From Minutocellus sp. GHC0000111 (taxonomy: Eukaryota): a stretch of DNA of 64,000 bases. Positions 22,675 to 33,258 of this stretch are shown one piece after another. Both the position numbers and the translations under genes were made by a program. The first letter of the stretch is position 1. Each line of letters begins with the position of its first letter. Below the pieces are notes generated by a model. The model worked only from the letters and a program-made list of their open reading frames with translations. It was not told where the DNA came from and ran no database searches. The stretch spans positions 806,001-870,000 of the forward strand of contig OZ361257.1 in the NCBI GenBank assembly GCA_977018835.1. The letters are read 5' to 3'.

Positions 22675-23830
22675 ATGATGCACTCAACTTCTTCGAGTGT
22701 CACTGATGGTGCTACTCCGCCGTCCTCTCCCCCGGCGCACCACTTTGAGATTGGAGACGATGACAGCATCAATGGCGATGGCAACCACAGCAGCAACGGC
22801 AACGCTGCTTCGGGGGAACAATCGTTTGAGAATGATGTGCAGAATGGTGGAGGAGACGCCGATGCACCCTCTCCGTATCAGGTATTCCGCACGCCCGTGA
22901 ATGTGGATTTTGCCGAGAGTTCCGTCGAGGCACCCTGCGATTTGCCCGAAGGCCATAATTTGCGCGTTGATCTCGGCCGGGGCAGGATACTGGTCGTGCA
23001 GGTACCGTTCGGTGGAGTGAAGAAGGGAGATACCTTCTATGCACCCTATCGGATATACGACAAACCCGACGAAGCACAGCGAGAGTATAAGCCGAGTGTG
23101 GAAAGTCCACGGAATCGGTCGGTCGGTGCGTGGAGGGCCAGCCTTTGTGGATGTTGCGAATTCGGTCCTTGTCATCCCACGAGCCTGGGAGCTTTTATAT
23201 GCCAATGTTGTAAGTTATCATTTTTATCTTTACGTGAGCACCATCCTCAAAGCTTGGAATTAAAACCATTGCTCACATCGCCCCTATCCTCTGCTAATCT
23301 TTTCGTATGTGATAGTTCTCCTGTCACAAGTGCTGACTCGAATGCATCTGAATTGCTTGGCACAAAAGTCACCACCGTCGACATCGCGTCAGACATTGGA
23401 TGGGGTATTCCTCATCTTTGCGATATTTTACTTTTTCAGAGGGGTCACTGTTTACTTTTGGGCAACGGGGGACGACGAAACAAGTACGGACAGGACAGAG
23501 CAGACAGACTTGCAGGGAAATTTCTATGCAATGACGCTCATTGTTGACTTTTTCTTCATTTTGTATCTGATTGCGGTATCAACGAAAGGTCGGATGGCCA
23601 TTCGAGACAATTATCAAATACCAGGCGATTGCGTATCAGACTGCTTAGTATCCACCGTATGCCACCCTTGTGCATTATCTCAGATGGCTCGTCAGTCAGC
23701 CAATTATCGAGACCATGGCTACTGTTGGTGCTCGGATACAGGCATCGATGAGAAGTATGACGGAGAATATGGTCTCAACATGAGTGATGGCGTTCATTCT
23801 ATGAACATGTCGGACAGAGATCTTATATGA
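22675..23830 (+). CDS. PLAC8-family Cys-rich membrane protein; intron 23210-23315
   Basis: GAWRASLCGCC, spliced CQCFLLSQV, RMAIRDNYQIPGDCVSDCLVSTVCHPCALSQMARQ. Confidence 0.88.
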
Positions 23831-23869
23831 GTTGCTTCTTTAGAGATAGATGCAACACCATCGTTATCA

Positions 23870-24532
23870 TTATCTTTCATTTGAGTATTTTAGCTGGGTC
23901 AATATTGTTGGCTCATAGGATTGCTGGGACCAATAGGCCTCGCCATACGGTGCGAATATCTCCTCGCCAGGTTGTATGTCTCTCGTGGCAACCACCTTCG
24001 ATCTGAAGTGCGTCGGATCTGGCTCGTACCGACAATTATAATACTTTGCGTTGATTGGGTCGTTGATAAATCTTGCCAAGATGTGTATATGGGGCTCAGG
24101 ATCAACAAGAATGTCTCCATCTACCAATATCAGATAAGATTTGTCTCTCAATGCTTTCGACGATCGAAACGAGTGAATATTTCCATAATAGTATGTTAGC
24201 GTTGTGCCTTGTGGAATGGATCCTCCCGGTGTTGACGAATCAGACGGCCTAAAGAATAATCCTTTCCCAGCACCTTCTACACAGCTATCATCTGGAACTA
24301 ATTCTTGATCATATTTCGTGACATGGCGAGGCAATGCTTCATTCATCCGCTTTCTTGCTTCATTGCATCGGCTCTCCAGATTGGACAGAGAGTCCTCGAC
24401 CGTTCCAGAGAGCATATCCAGATCATCATCTGCGCAAACATGCTTTTCAGGCCTCACGGCAAGTTCTCTCCACAGTTCCAAATACACCAATCGTTGTCGA
24501 CGAGATTCAAAGAGGTTGCTCATCGCTTGCAC
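23870..24532 (-). CDS. SET-domain protein (start uncertain)
   Basis: GAGKGLF, ARFINDP, VATRDIQPGEEIFAPYG. Confidence 0.88.
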   Translation of the reverse strand: MQAMSNLFESRRQRLVYLELWRELAVRPEKHVCADDDLDMLSGTVEDSLSNLESRCNEARKRMNEALPRHVTKYDQELVPDDSCVEGAGKGLFFRPSDSSTPGGSIPQGTTLTYYYGNIHSFRSSKALRDKSYLILVDGDILVDPEPHIHILARFINDPINAKYYNCRYEPDPTHFRSKVVATRDIQPGEEIFAPYGEAYWSQQSYEPTILTQLKYSNER

Positions 24533-24811
24533 TGCATGGGCGAGATTTGCATTATTTGACCACGCCGGTGACTGCGGTCGCTGTCACTGCGGGCCTCATT
24601 GTCTGACGACGGAAAGACGAGCTCATGCGCACGCACCGCACCGCGCCCACACCGAGCGAGCGAGCGATGAGCCGAACGAAGTTGCAAAGTCAATCTCAGC
24701 CCCACAATGGCCGACCAAATGTTATCGTCAACCTCTGAACGGCCCACCACGACGAACAAAAGAAGAAGGGCAGAAGCTAGGAGGTATCTGAGCCGCATTT
24801 CTAAAGCAGGA

Positions 24812-26065
24812 ATGTCTAGCATTCACATTTTGCTTTGTCAGCTGGCTCTTCAGCACGCGGCTGGCGGTCCTACTTTCGTTTCGGCGTTTGCTGATGCCGG
24901 TGCGAGTGCGAGATGGAGCAGTAAACCTGCACGTACGGGTATCAGCCCAACGACAAAGAGAATGATAGAACTCTGCCAGAGATGTAACGAAATGTCCAGC
25001 GGCCGCATTCCAACATATTGTTCCAATTCTGCTTCGTCAGAGGAAGAGAGTACATGTAAAAGGTCATCTGCTACTGCCACAGCTCACGATGCTTCAGATA
25101 CCCTTCTTCTCGACATTCTCAGTCCAAGTTCAGATAGAAAGAATGATCGGATAGGAACGACCCAACTTGCATTCATCGGGGATATCGTCTACGAGTTGTT
25201 TGTACGATGTCGATATGTTTGGCCAGCGAGAAGGACCACCGATTTGCAATCGATTGTAGTGAACACTGTTCGAGCGGAATCGCAGTCCAAACTCCTGGCT
25301 TCCATGATGAAATCATTTCCGTTTACCGACAAGGAACTGTCCGTATTGACGCGAGGTCGGAATGCGAGCAGTGGCTCCCGAGGTAGAAAGAGAGGAAAGG
25401 AATGGGGCGCAATATACCAGGATTCAACCGCATTTGAGGCGCTTATTGGTTATGTTTATCTGGAAGATATCAATAGGTGCTTTGAATTATTGGATTGGAT
25501 TCGAATCGAACAAGACAGCGTTGATGAGAAGGAGGGGACACTTCCACCCCAAACTTCCAAGAATGGCGGCTCACCACAATACAATTCATTCCTTGACCTC
25601 TTGCGTCCTCGCTCTGACTGCGATGTCGATAGAATCGCACCGGCACAACTGGCATACGTTGGTGACTCGGTGTATGAAATGCTCGTGCGAAATAGATATG
25701 TGTGGCCCACCAGAAGGACTGCCGACTTGCACACCAAAGTTGTGAGCGTCTCTCGTGCAGAAACTCAGGCGATGATATGCAGATCCCTCACCGATGAGAA
25801 CAACGAAAGTGCACTAAAGCTCAAGTTGACAGCGAAGGAATCATCCGTCTTATTGAGAGGCCGTAATGCTGCCGGAGGATCAGGAGGGAGGAAGAAGCAG
25901 GTGAAGAAGGCAGGAAGGGCTCAGCAAGTTGATGCCTCTATGCACCAAGATGCGGCAGCTCTGGAATGTCTGCTGGCTTACAACTTCATTGCCGATCCGG
26001 GACGTTGTCATGAGCTCTTACAGTGGGTATCAGCCGAGTTGGATGTTGTTGATGCTGGCCAGTAA
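24812..26065 (+). CDS. Predicted plastid-targeted protein with two tandem Mini-ribonuclease III domains
   Basis: Domain 1: LAFIGDIVYELFVR..RAESQ..RGRNA..STAFEALIGYVYL. Domain 2: LAYVGDSVYEMLVR..RAETQ..RGRNA..AALECLLAY. N-terminal signal followed by VSA-FA. Confidence 0.88.
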   Translation: MSSIHILLCQLALQHAAGGPTFVSAFADAGASARWSSKPARTGISPTTKRMIELCQRCNEMSSGRIPTYCSNSASSEEESTCKRSSATATAHDASDTLLLDILSPSSDRKNDRIGTTQLAFIGDIVYELFVRCRYVWPARRTTDLQSIVVNTVRAESQSKLLASMMKSFPFTDKELSVLTRGRNASSGSRGRKRGKEWGAIYQDSTAFEALIGYVYLEDINRCFELLDWIRIEQDSVDEKEGTLPPQTSKNGGSPQYNSFLDLLRPRSDCDVDRIAPAQLAYVGDSVYEMLVRNRYVWPTRRTADLHTKVVSVSRAETQAMICRSLTDENNESALKLKLTAKESSVLLRGRNAAGGSGGRKKQVKKAGRAQQVDASMHQDAAALECLLAYNFIADPGRCHELLQWVSAELDVVDAGQ

Positions 26066-26424
26066 TAAAGCTTAACCATAGTACTAGCTAGCTACCATAG
26101 TACGCCTCGTACCTAGCTAGGTACCTGCATACCGGTACACATGTGTATGTCATCACGCGGTTCAAACACACGCCAACCATCTCAGCCCCGGCCTCAGCCG
26201 CAGAGATTGACTTGACTTTGTTGTAAGTAAGAACTCCTATCGGAAGAGCTGGGGTGATGAGATGCTTCGTCAGTCGTCGCGATTTCCCTCGAACCTGGAA
26301 CCTGGAACACACCCGCCGACCGACGGCGACACGACGACCCCCCGAAAGATACGGTCCACACAATTCCCGGCACATCTTGTGTTCTTTGTTATTGCACCAT
26401 CGCCCGAAGACTATCATTGCAATC

Positions 26425-27150
26425 ATGTCGACCACCAGCAAGCTCATCAACCCCGCTCTCCGTGCCGCCGCAAACTTGCGCTCCTCCACCATGCCTGAGA
26501 AGGTTACCAAGACGGCCGCTGTGTACCTTTCTGCGGCCCCTTCGGGAGGAGCCCACACCCTTCCCGACCTCCCCTACGACTACAATGCCCTCGAGCCCGG
26601 CATCAGCGCTGAGACCATGACTCTGCACCACACCAAGCACCACAACACGTACGTGACCAATCTCAACGCCGCCCTGGAGAAGCTCGATGCTGCTGTTTCG
26701 GCTGGGGACGTTTCCGGCGTCATCGGCTTGGAAGGAGCACTCAAATTCAATGGCGGCGGTCATCTGAACCACACCCTGTTCTGGGAGAACCTTGCCGCCA
26801 AGGGAACCAGCTCGATCAAGGCAGGTGGTGCTCTGGAAGCTGCCATCACCGAGTCGTTCGGCGGAGTGGAGGAGATGAAGAAGGAGATGTCGGCGACCAC
26901 CATCGCCGTTCAGGGAAGTGGATGGGGTTGGCTTGGTCTCAACCCCAAGACCGGCCGTCTCGAGATTGCCACCCGTGTCAATCAGGATCCTCTCCAGGCC
27001 ACCACTGGTCTTGTCCCTCTTCTTGGCATTGACGTTTGGGAGCACGCATATTATGTTGATTACCGCAACGTCCGACCTGATTACGTCAACGCTGTTTGGG
27101 ACGTCGTGAATTGGGACGTCGTCGAGCAGAGACTTGCTGCTGCCAAATAA
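26425..27150 (+). CDS. SOD2: Mitochondrial manganese superoxide dismutase
   Basis: LHHTKHH, FNGGGHLNH, QGSGWGW, DVWEHAYY; basic presequence. Confidence 0.96.
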   Translation: MSTTSKLINPALRAAANLRSSTMPEKVTKTAAVYLSAAPSGGAHTLPDLPYDYNALEPGISAETMTLHHTKHHNTYVTNLNAALEKLDAAVSAGDVSGVIGLEGALKFNGGGHLNHTLFWENLAAKGTSSIKAGGALEAAITESFGGVEEMKKEMSATTIAVQGSGWGWLGLNPKTGRLEIATRVNQDPLQATTGLVPLLGIDVWEHAYYVDYRNVRPDYVNAVWDVVNWDVVEQRLAAAK

Positions 27151-27503
27151 ATAAATAAATTGACTGGAGGCGGCTGTTACAAATGGAGGCACGAGATTTG
27201 GCCGGAGGATGTCGGAAAGTTATACAAGGAGGCGTCCTATCTCGATACTTTGCATCTTTCTTGATGTAAACATCTCGACGGATGAAGTGATTGATTGGCG
27301 AGTACTGAGTTTTTTGGTACGACGTGTATAGAGCAGATTAGCCCGCTCATCCGATACTAAGAATACTCTCTTTTAAATCATTATATCAATTTATGAATAC
27401 AAGGTGCAACCATCAGCGCATAGGAGGAGATGTATTTTTGTGAAATATCACATTTGCCCTATCTTGAGCTTTTGAAGTCTATGGATGTACTAGTAGTGGG
27501 CGG

Positions 27504-28952
27504 TCAAGTCGGAGAGTTGCTGAGTCCCGAGCTTGGATTTCCACTTGGCTGAGAACTCGGGTTCCCACTTGGCCTCAGCGATGGAACAAAGCTCGGTGGA
27601 TCGGACGGTTCCAAAGAAGGTGCCCCCGAGGGTGCTGTGGTCGGCGTATTACTCGGAGCTACACTGGGTTCCCCCGAAGGCCTAAGACTTGGCGACACGG
27701 AAGAATTCATAGATGGCATGTCTGAAGGCGTAGTCGTTGGTTCAGAGCTCGGAGCTAATGAAACAGATGGCATCGCCGATGTTGTTGGATTACCAGAGGG
27801 CTGCATCGAAAGACTTGGGGCCGGACTAGAAGTAGGAGATTTGGAAGGTTCTAGACTTGGCTGACTGGAAGGTTCTAGACTTGGCTGACTGGAAGGTTCT
27901 AGACTTGGCCGACTTGAAGGATCGGTACTTGGGGGTTGGCTCGGCTCACTCGAGGGCGCATCGCTGGGTGCACTGGACGGCTGCCGACTTGGCGAGGTTG
28001 ATGGCCCAAGAGACGGCTGCAATGAAGGGTTTGACGACGGGGTATGGGAAGGTCCCTTGCTTGGAGCACTACTCGGGGCACCACTTGGTTCCATCGATGG
28101 CGAAGAGCTAGGTTCCAAGCTCAGTGACGGAGAAGCGGAGGGCTCATTTTTATACGATGGAGCGGAAGATATCGTGGGAGCGAGCGAAGGGCTTGTGCTA
28201 GGCGCTTTGCTTGGCGCGCTGGATATCGATGGACTAGTAGACGGATTTGCACTTGGTGTAACAGAAGGTGCATTGCTTGCATCTGGAAAACGGCCTTCAC
28301 AGTCACATCCATCTGGGTTGGTAACAATATTGACACAAGTGAAAAGGTCAATACTCTGGTAGAACTGGTTACAAAACTCGACGGGTTGGCTACATGCAAG
28401 AAGACAAACATTATCGCAACAGAATTCCTTCTGTAAAGCGCAATTCCCTTCGCCGAGACCAAGGAGACCGCAGGGCAAAAAGCAAATTCCTTCTGGACAA
28501 ATGTCAGGCTGCCCCCCACCGCTGCACTGATTGCAACAAGGCGGCTGACAGCAGTAATTGTAGAAGCACTGGTTGCACGCCGGTAGTCGCCCCCGAGGTC
28601 GGCGTCTCCTCTTGCAAGATCTCAGGCATTGTCTACGAATTCTCCTACCTCGTTTGCGACGGCAGCGGTACTTGCATTTCCTAAACCAGCGCAGCGACTT
28701 GCGTGGGCGAAATGGAGGCTGATAGAAGGGATGCCTGGGATCATATTTTCGATATTTGCTCGAAGAGCCCTTTCCACTGCTTTTGCTCTTTTCACTACCC
28801 TTGCCGGCAGCGCGATAGCTGAATATATTTGTGAGCTCACGACCATCACGGTTGTTACCTTTCGTATCATTTGCACCATTTGCATCATTTGCATCACTAC
28901 CACCGAGCCGCCGAAGGACACTCTCAAGTTTCCGTGGCTGAGCCGATGTCAT
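27504..28952 (-). CDS. Cell-wall/extracellular-type protein: RXL sites, KS-rich block, cationic Cys segment, Cys-rich domain, long PS repeat stalk; no signal peptide
   Basis: 482-aa ORF with RKL/RRL/REL, GKGSEKSKSSGKGSSSK and dozens of PSxxPS repeats. Confidence 0.7.
   Translation of the reverse strand: MTSAQPRKLESVLRRLGGSDANDANGANDTKGNNRDGRELTNIFSYRAAGKGSEKSKSSGKGSSSKYRKYDPRHPFYQPPFRPRKSLRWFRKCKYRCRRKRGRRIRRQCLRSCKRRRRPRGRLPACNQCFYNYCCQPPCCNQCSGGGQPDICPEGICFLPCGLLGLGEGNCALQKEFCCDNVCLLACSQPVEFCNQFYQSIDLFTCVNIVTNPDGCDCEGRFPDASNAPSVTPSANPSTSPSISSAPSKAPSTSPSLAPTISSAPSYKNEPSASPSLSLEPSSSPSMEPSGAPSSAPSKGPSHTPSSNPSLQPSLGPSTSPSRQPSSAPSDAPSSEPSQPPSTDPSSRPSLEPSSQPSLEPSSQPSLEPSKSPTSSPAPSLSMQPSGNPTTSAMPSVSLAPSSEPTTTPSDMPSMNSSVSPSLRPSGEPSVAPSNTPTTAPSGAPSLEPSDPPSFVPSLRPSGNPSSQPSGNPSSGLSNSPT
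27842..27909. repeat. 24-bp coding tandem repeat, about 2.8 copies (PSLEPSSQ)
   Basis: TGGAAGGTTCTAGACTTGGCTGAC twice plus a partial copy. Confidence 0.9.
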
Positions 28953-28972
28953 CAGCGCCGAAAGTCTTTATC

Positions 28973-30502
28973 TTACATGATGCTGCACTCGTCTCCTCCG
29001 ACCCCAGGAGGAAATGGCATGCCAGGCATCTGGCCGTCCATCTTTGGCATTCCTTCTTCGTCAAATTCAAGACCAGGCGCTAGTTCCTTGATAATATCAG
29101 CCGGAGGCTGTCCATACCTGTAAGTTGCCGCCCAGAGAAAGAGAAGATATAGTTTGTATCGCGTGAGAAAATTGGAAAATTAGATCGAAAGCCATTTCAA
29201 TTTGACCCAACTCTTCGAGTGGTACTCACTCTTGTACCTCCTGCATCAGTTCCATCAAACGAGGAAAATTCTCTGGATCGGTTTCATACGTATGGACAAT
29301 TCTCTGAAAGTATTGATATTGCGTCCCATATCTGCAATAGAGAGATACATGCAGATGAGACGAAGACGAAGACGTGAGCAATAGAAAAGAAAGAAGCGCA
29401 AATGCACATTTGCACGCCAAAAAAATACCCAAATGATACCGAACCGGGTGGGCAGACGTACACCCAAAACTTACTTCTGATATTCCTCTTCGGAAAGTTT
29501 GGCCTTGCTTTCAGCCAACCAGGCGGGGAAGCGACCGCAAACCTGCTTCATCGGCTCGTACATGAGCTCCTTGGACAGCAGCTGCCGCATCATGCCATCG
29601 ACTACGTCATCTGCATCGCCCGACGCACCAAAGGCCGACAACTCCTTCATCATGCTCTCCATCATCTCCTCTCCCATCGCCTCCATATTTCCTCCGTTCA
29701 TTAGAGCATCAAGGTCTGGGATGGCGCCATCGTCGTCGGTTCCGGCCTTGGCCATATCGGAAAGTAAACGCTGGACCGCACGGTCGACGTCAGCTTCAGT
29801 TGAACTTGAACCGCCCTTTCCATTCGCTTCCGGCGTAGACGAGGCTCCCGATTTCATCTTTGCCGAAGGCTTGCTTCCACTTGCATTGGGTTCAGTTGTA
29901 CCAGCAGTACTCTTCTTTTCACCCCCCTTCGTCTTCGTCGCTTTGGTGGACTTAGTAGTATCAGCGGAGGACTTATTGTCATTGCCAGCCTCGTCAAGTC
30001 CACCCATGAGATCGCCAAGGCCACCCAACTGCAACTGGCCCATTATCTCATCTAGCATCTTCTCAGCTCCCTCTAGATCAACATCGTCGGCATCACCAAC
30101 GCCACCGGCGGACTTTTGCAGTGCCTCCCCCGCACGGAGGAGCTGGGACATGGCGTCCTCGAGGGAGGCCGAGGGGGACGTTCCTACATTCGTGGCGCTG
30201 GATGGTTTGGTCGCGGGCGACGATGCCGCAGAGCCAGCAGACGCCGGAGGAGGTGTCTCGGGTCCAAAGTACACCTTGTTCTGAGTCGATTCTTGCGCCG
30301 ATCCGTCGGGTGGTGGGCCACTGGTCTCGGTGGGCGTTGCTGATGGCTGCTGCGCTGCTGCAGCCTTCTCCGTTTCGTCAGTGGCCCCGACGGTACATGT
30401 ATCTTGAATATCGTCACTGTTGCCGCCGTCCAGATCATCTAGAGCGTCCAATGCGGCGCCCAGGATGTCGTCCACCTCCTCTTGCGTGGGATGAGACGCC
30501 AT
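28973..30502 (-). CDS. PEX19: Peroxin 19; exons 30502-29475, 29331-29230, 29117-28973
   Basis: DDILGAALDAL N-terminus, MMRQLLSKELMYEPMKQ, spliced YQKYGTQY and MQEVQEYGQPPADII, C-terminal CaaX CSIM; canonical introns. Confidence 0.95.
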
Positions 30503-30781
30503 GGTTGCTAAATTGGCAGGTCGCTCAGTGCCGACTACGACTGTTATGTTGTCCTCAATTCCGGCGGAGGAATTTTCGAATTTCCATTTGACGCTAAATG
30601 AACGCAAGGCCTTTCATTGGCGGGCGCGCCATGGATACGCGCGGCGATATGGCGATGGCCATGCAGCAGCCATGTGTGTCTGCCGCCTGCGCCGCTGCAC
30701 TCGTGGCTGCCTTGCCTCACAGGAACTACGCTACTACGTAGCCAGACTAGCTCTAGTAGCTAGCCAGAGAAAGAACGCAAC

Positions 30782-31744
30782 ATGTCATCCGAGAACGAGG
30801 AAGGCGACGCTTCCTCATCGTCATCGGAAGCAGCATCAAATTATTCCTCGGATGCAAATGGCGACGAGGACGATGATTCCTATTCCAGCAGTGATGAGAG
30901 TGACAGCGCGAGTCGCACTTTGCTTTTTTTGTGCGAGGAGGGGCAGCTCGACAAGGCACTGGAGCGAGTTAGAGGTTGGATGAGAGATATCCGCCAGGGA
31001 CCGCCACAAGAAGCAGCACTGCAAGTGGCACGAGCAAGGAGGAAGCTGCCGATCGATCCTCCATTCGACGCCAACTGCTGCAAAAGAGCCACGGAGGCAA
31101 CTACTGTCTTCACGAAATACTCGCAGGGGGTACATCAGGCCGTTCAGCACCTGATCTTGTCCAGCGGCTTGTACGGAGATGTCGGGAGGACTATCCCCTC
31201 GAAACTCGGCGCATATTTCGTGCCCAGCCGACAGCCTCGTACTGCCGCACTCTTACATTGGTGTGCGTGGGGCAAGACAAGTCCTTCCATCTTGCGTCCC
31301 ATCATGGTGGCTTATCCAGAAGCGATGTGTCTGAGAGATGATAAGTCCCATGGGCGGCGCACTCCTTTGGATATCGCCGAAAGGTACTGGAAGGATGACG
31401 CCATCACTGCCTTGTTGCGGTCATCTCTTGAAACCTATCTGCCATTCCGGTTGAGGCTGTGTGTGCATTTGTGCATCCATCGTCATTTTGTCACCGATAG
31501 ACGAACGCCATTTGACAAAGCCGATCGGAAAGAAACAGGGTTAACTCCTCGAGCATGGTTTGTGGCAAGCATAATCGGCTATGCTCTGCAGAGAGAGATG
31601 AAATCTTTGGCAAAGCACATCATATCTTTCGTCGGCAAGAAGGCAAGAATTGATGGAATGAGAAGTGAACCAAAGCGAAAAGCAAATTCAAAAGCAAAGA
31701 AGCCGGGGACGAAACAGAAACTAGATCTACAAAATGATACATAA
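30782..31744 (+). CDS. Ankyrin-like repeat protein with two compensating frameshifts (near 31020 and 31247)
   Basis: LLHWCAWG and GRRTPLDIA are in the main frame. The alternative frame between the shifts reads QLLQKSHGGNYCLHEILAGG, an ankyrin-like unit. Confidence 0.7.
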   Translation: MSSENEEGDASSSSSEAASNYSSDANGDEDDDSYSSSDESDSASRTLLFLCEEGQLDKALERVRGWMRDIRQGPPQEAALQVARARRKLPIDPPFDANCCKRATEATTVFTKYSQGVHQAVQHLILSSGLYGDVGRTIPSKLGAYFVPSRQPRTAALLHWCAWGKTSPSILRPIMVAYPEAMCLRDDKSHGRRTPLDIAERYWKDDAITALLRSSLETYLPFRLRLCVHLCIHRHFVTDRRTPFDKADRKETGLTPRAWFVASIIGYALQREMKSLAKHIISFVGKKARIDGMRSEPKRKANSKAKKPGTKQKLDLQNDT

Positions 31745-31790
31745 AGGAAACATCAACATTTTAGCACTACGTCGTTGTTAAGAAAATAAT

Positions 31791-32761
31791 TCAATCTTGA
31801 TCGACCTCCTGGCCAAGTGATTTGAATAAGCTGTGGAAAGATGTTGTCAACGATTTTTGTCGAGCCCGCCATGAGTCGTTCATATCGCCATCATCTGCGG
31901 CACTATCTCTAAATGTTTCTCTCCTTCGATCGACATCGCTCGTTCGCCCTGCACCTCTTTGCGGCGAAGAAGGAGTTGAAGTCGCCATTGAAGACATGTA
32001 GCTTCTGGTCGTTCGGCCAGAGCTTCTGCTACTGCGGCTGGCAGCAAGGCCTCCCTGCTCTTCTTCTCGTCTACTCTGGTTGGCAAATCGCCTCATTCGG
32101 TCTCCGCTATCGTATCCAGTGGAACCTCTACTTGTGCTCCTTGTGGGTCGTTCCGGCATCTCGGCACTGTTGCTGTGTGCGGCTTCCCATTGCTGCTGCA
32201 AAGCCGAGGAAGGTCTTCCAGTAGAAGGATGCCTCGTATTGCTGGTATTCTTCCGCTGCTGTGTTTGGAATGTCGCACATTTACCGATATCTCGTCGGCA
32301 AAAGTATTGTCCAAGGTCCCGTCTCCCACAGAACAGGCATCCTCGAATCGGCTCTGCACTTCGTCCACAAGACTACCGCCGGCCGAAGATGCTCGAGATC
32401 TACCTCCAACAGATGCCGCGTCCCCGAAGGACGCACTCCCAAAGCTACTGGCTGACCGCAAAAGCGCTTTCCCGACTCTCCCCACGCCGCCACCACCACC
32501 GGCACCATTGATTCGCTCCAATTCATCCAACTGTCCGTTCACCTCATCAGCTAGGTCAGCCAGCTCCTCCTCCAGCTCTTCCGCCGTTTTCCGGCCACGT
32601 TCTTCCTCATATTTGGCGCTCTCTATTCTGCTCTTGAGCACGTGAGACTCATCTTCGAGCCGGGCGGCGAGGTCACGTGATCGGTCCGCCGAGGCGGTGA
32701 TTGACGCCAACTCGCGCCTGAGCATTGCCACCTCGGCCTCTAATTCCGAACGAGCGATCAT
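31791..32761 (-). CDS. Hypothetical coiled-coil protein; frame switch near 32260-32290
   Basis: Heptad-rich N-terminal ORF and an overlapping Ser/Arg-rich ORF in a second frame. Confidence 0.55.
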
Positions 32762-32996
32762 GACGGTGGTTATATTTCTACGCGGCTACTGGTATGACTT
32801 CGTAATGGCCAAGGTCGGTCAAAATGGAGCTTGGCGGGGGCGGTGCCAGATGGGCAGGGCCAGTTAGTTGGACGACGCGACGACGGACTGCGTTGCCTTG
32901 ACGGGACTACTCTCTACGAGCTAGACGCCACGTACGTACATGGTGGCGGCGGCGATGCGATGGTGGGTGGTATGGTGGCGGTGGTGTCGTCCCGCT

Positions 32997-33258
32997 TACT
33001 AGATCTATAAGTACATGTACTTATCACATGAAAAGTTACATGTAGATCTAGAACCAACTTCAATTCGATTAAACAGGCAGCCTCATTTGCATGAGTAAGA
33101 ACGAATATAAGTAACATAGACAAACGTGCAATGACGCGACGGCCAGATGACATCAACATTTTTGCAGTTACTACTAGACTAGAAGATCTACATGCATGCA
33201 TGCAGTTACCGGAACGAGGCTCGTAGAAGACACCTACTCCTCTCTAGAACTAGAGATG
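32997..33258. repeat. Cluster of short perfect palindromes 3' of the membrane protein gene
   Basis: ATAAGTACATGTACTTAT 33007-33024, (CATG)n near 33191, ACGAGGCTCGTA 33214-33225. Confidence 0.8.

Noticed and set aside
27504..28280. Repeats as a possible CRISPR or satellite array
   Set aside because: They are in-frame Pro/Ser coding repeats with no repeat-spacer structure.
4609..30502. Peroxisomal gene cluster (FRD with PTS1 plus PEX19)
   Set aside because: The genes are 20 kb apart with many unrelated genes in between.
32260..32285. 26-nt GT..AG micro-intron that would fix the frame
   Set aside because: It is far shorter than every other intron here (about 90 nt or more); a 1-nt indel is more parsimonious.
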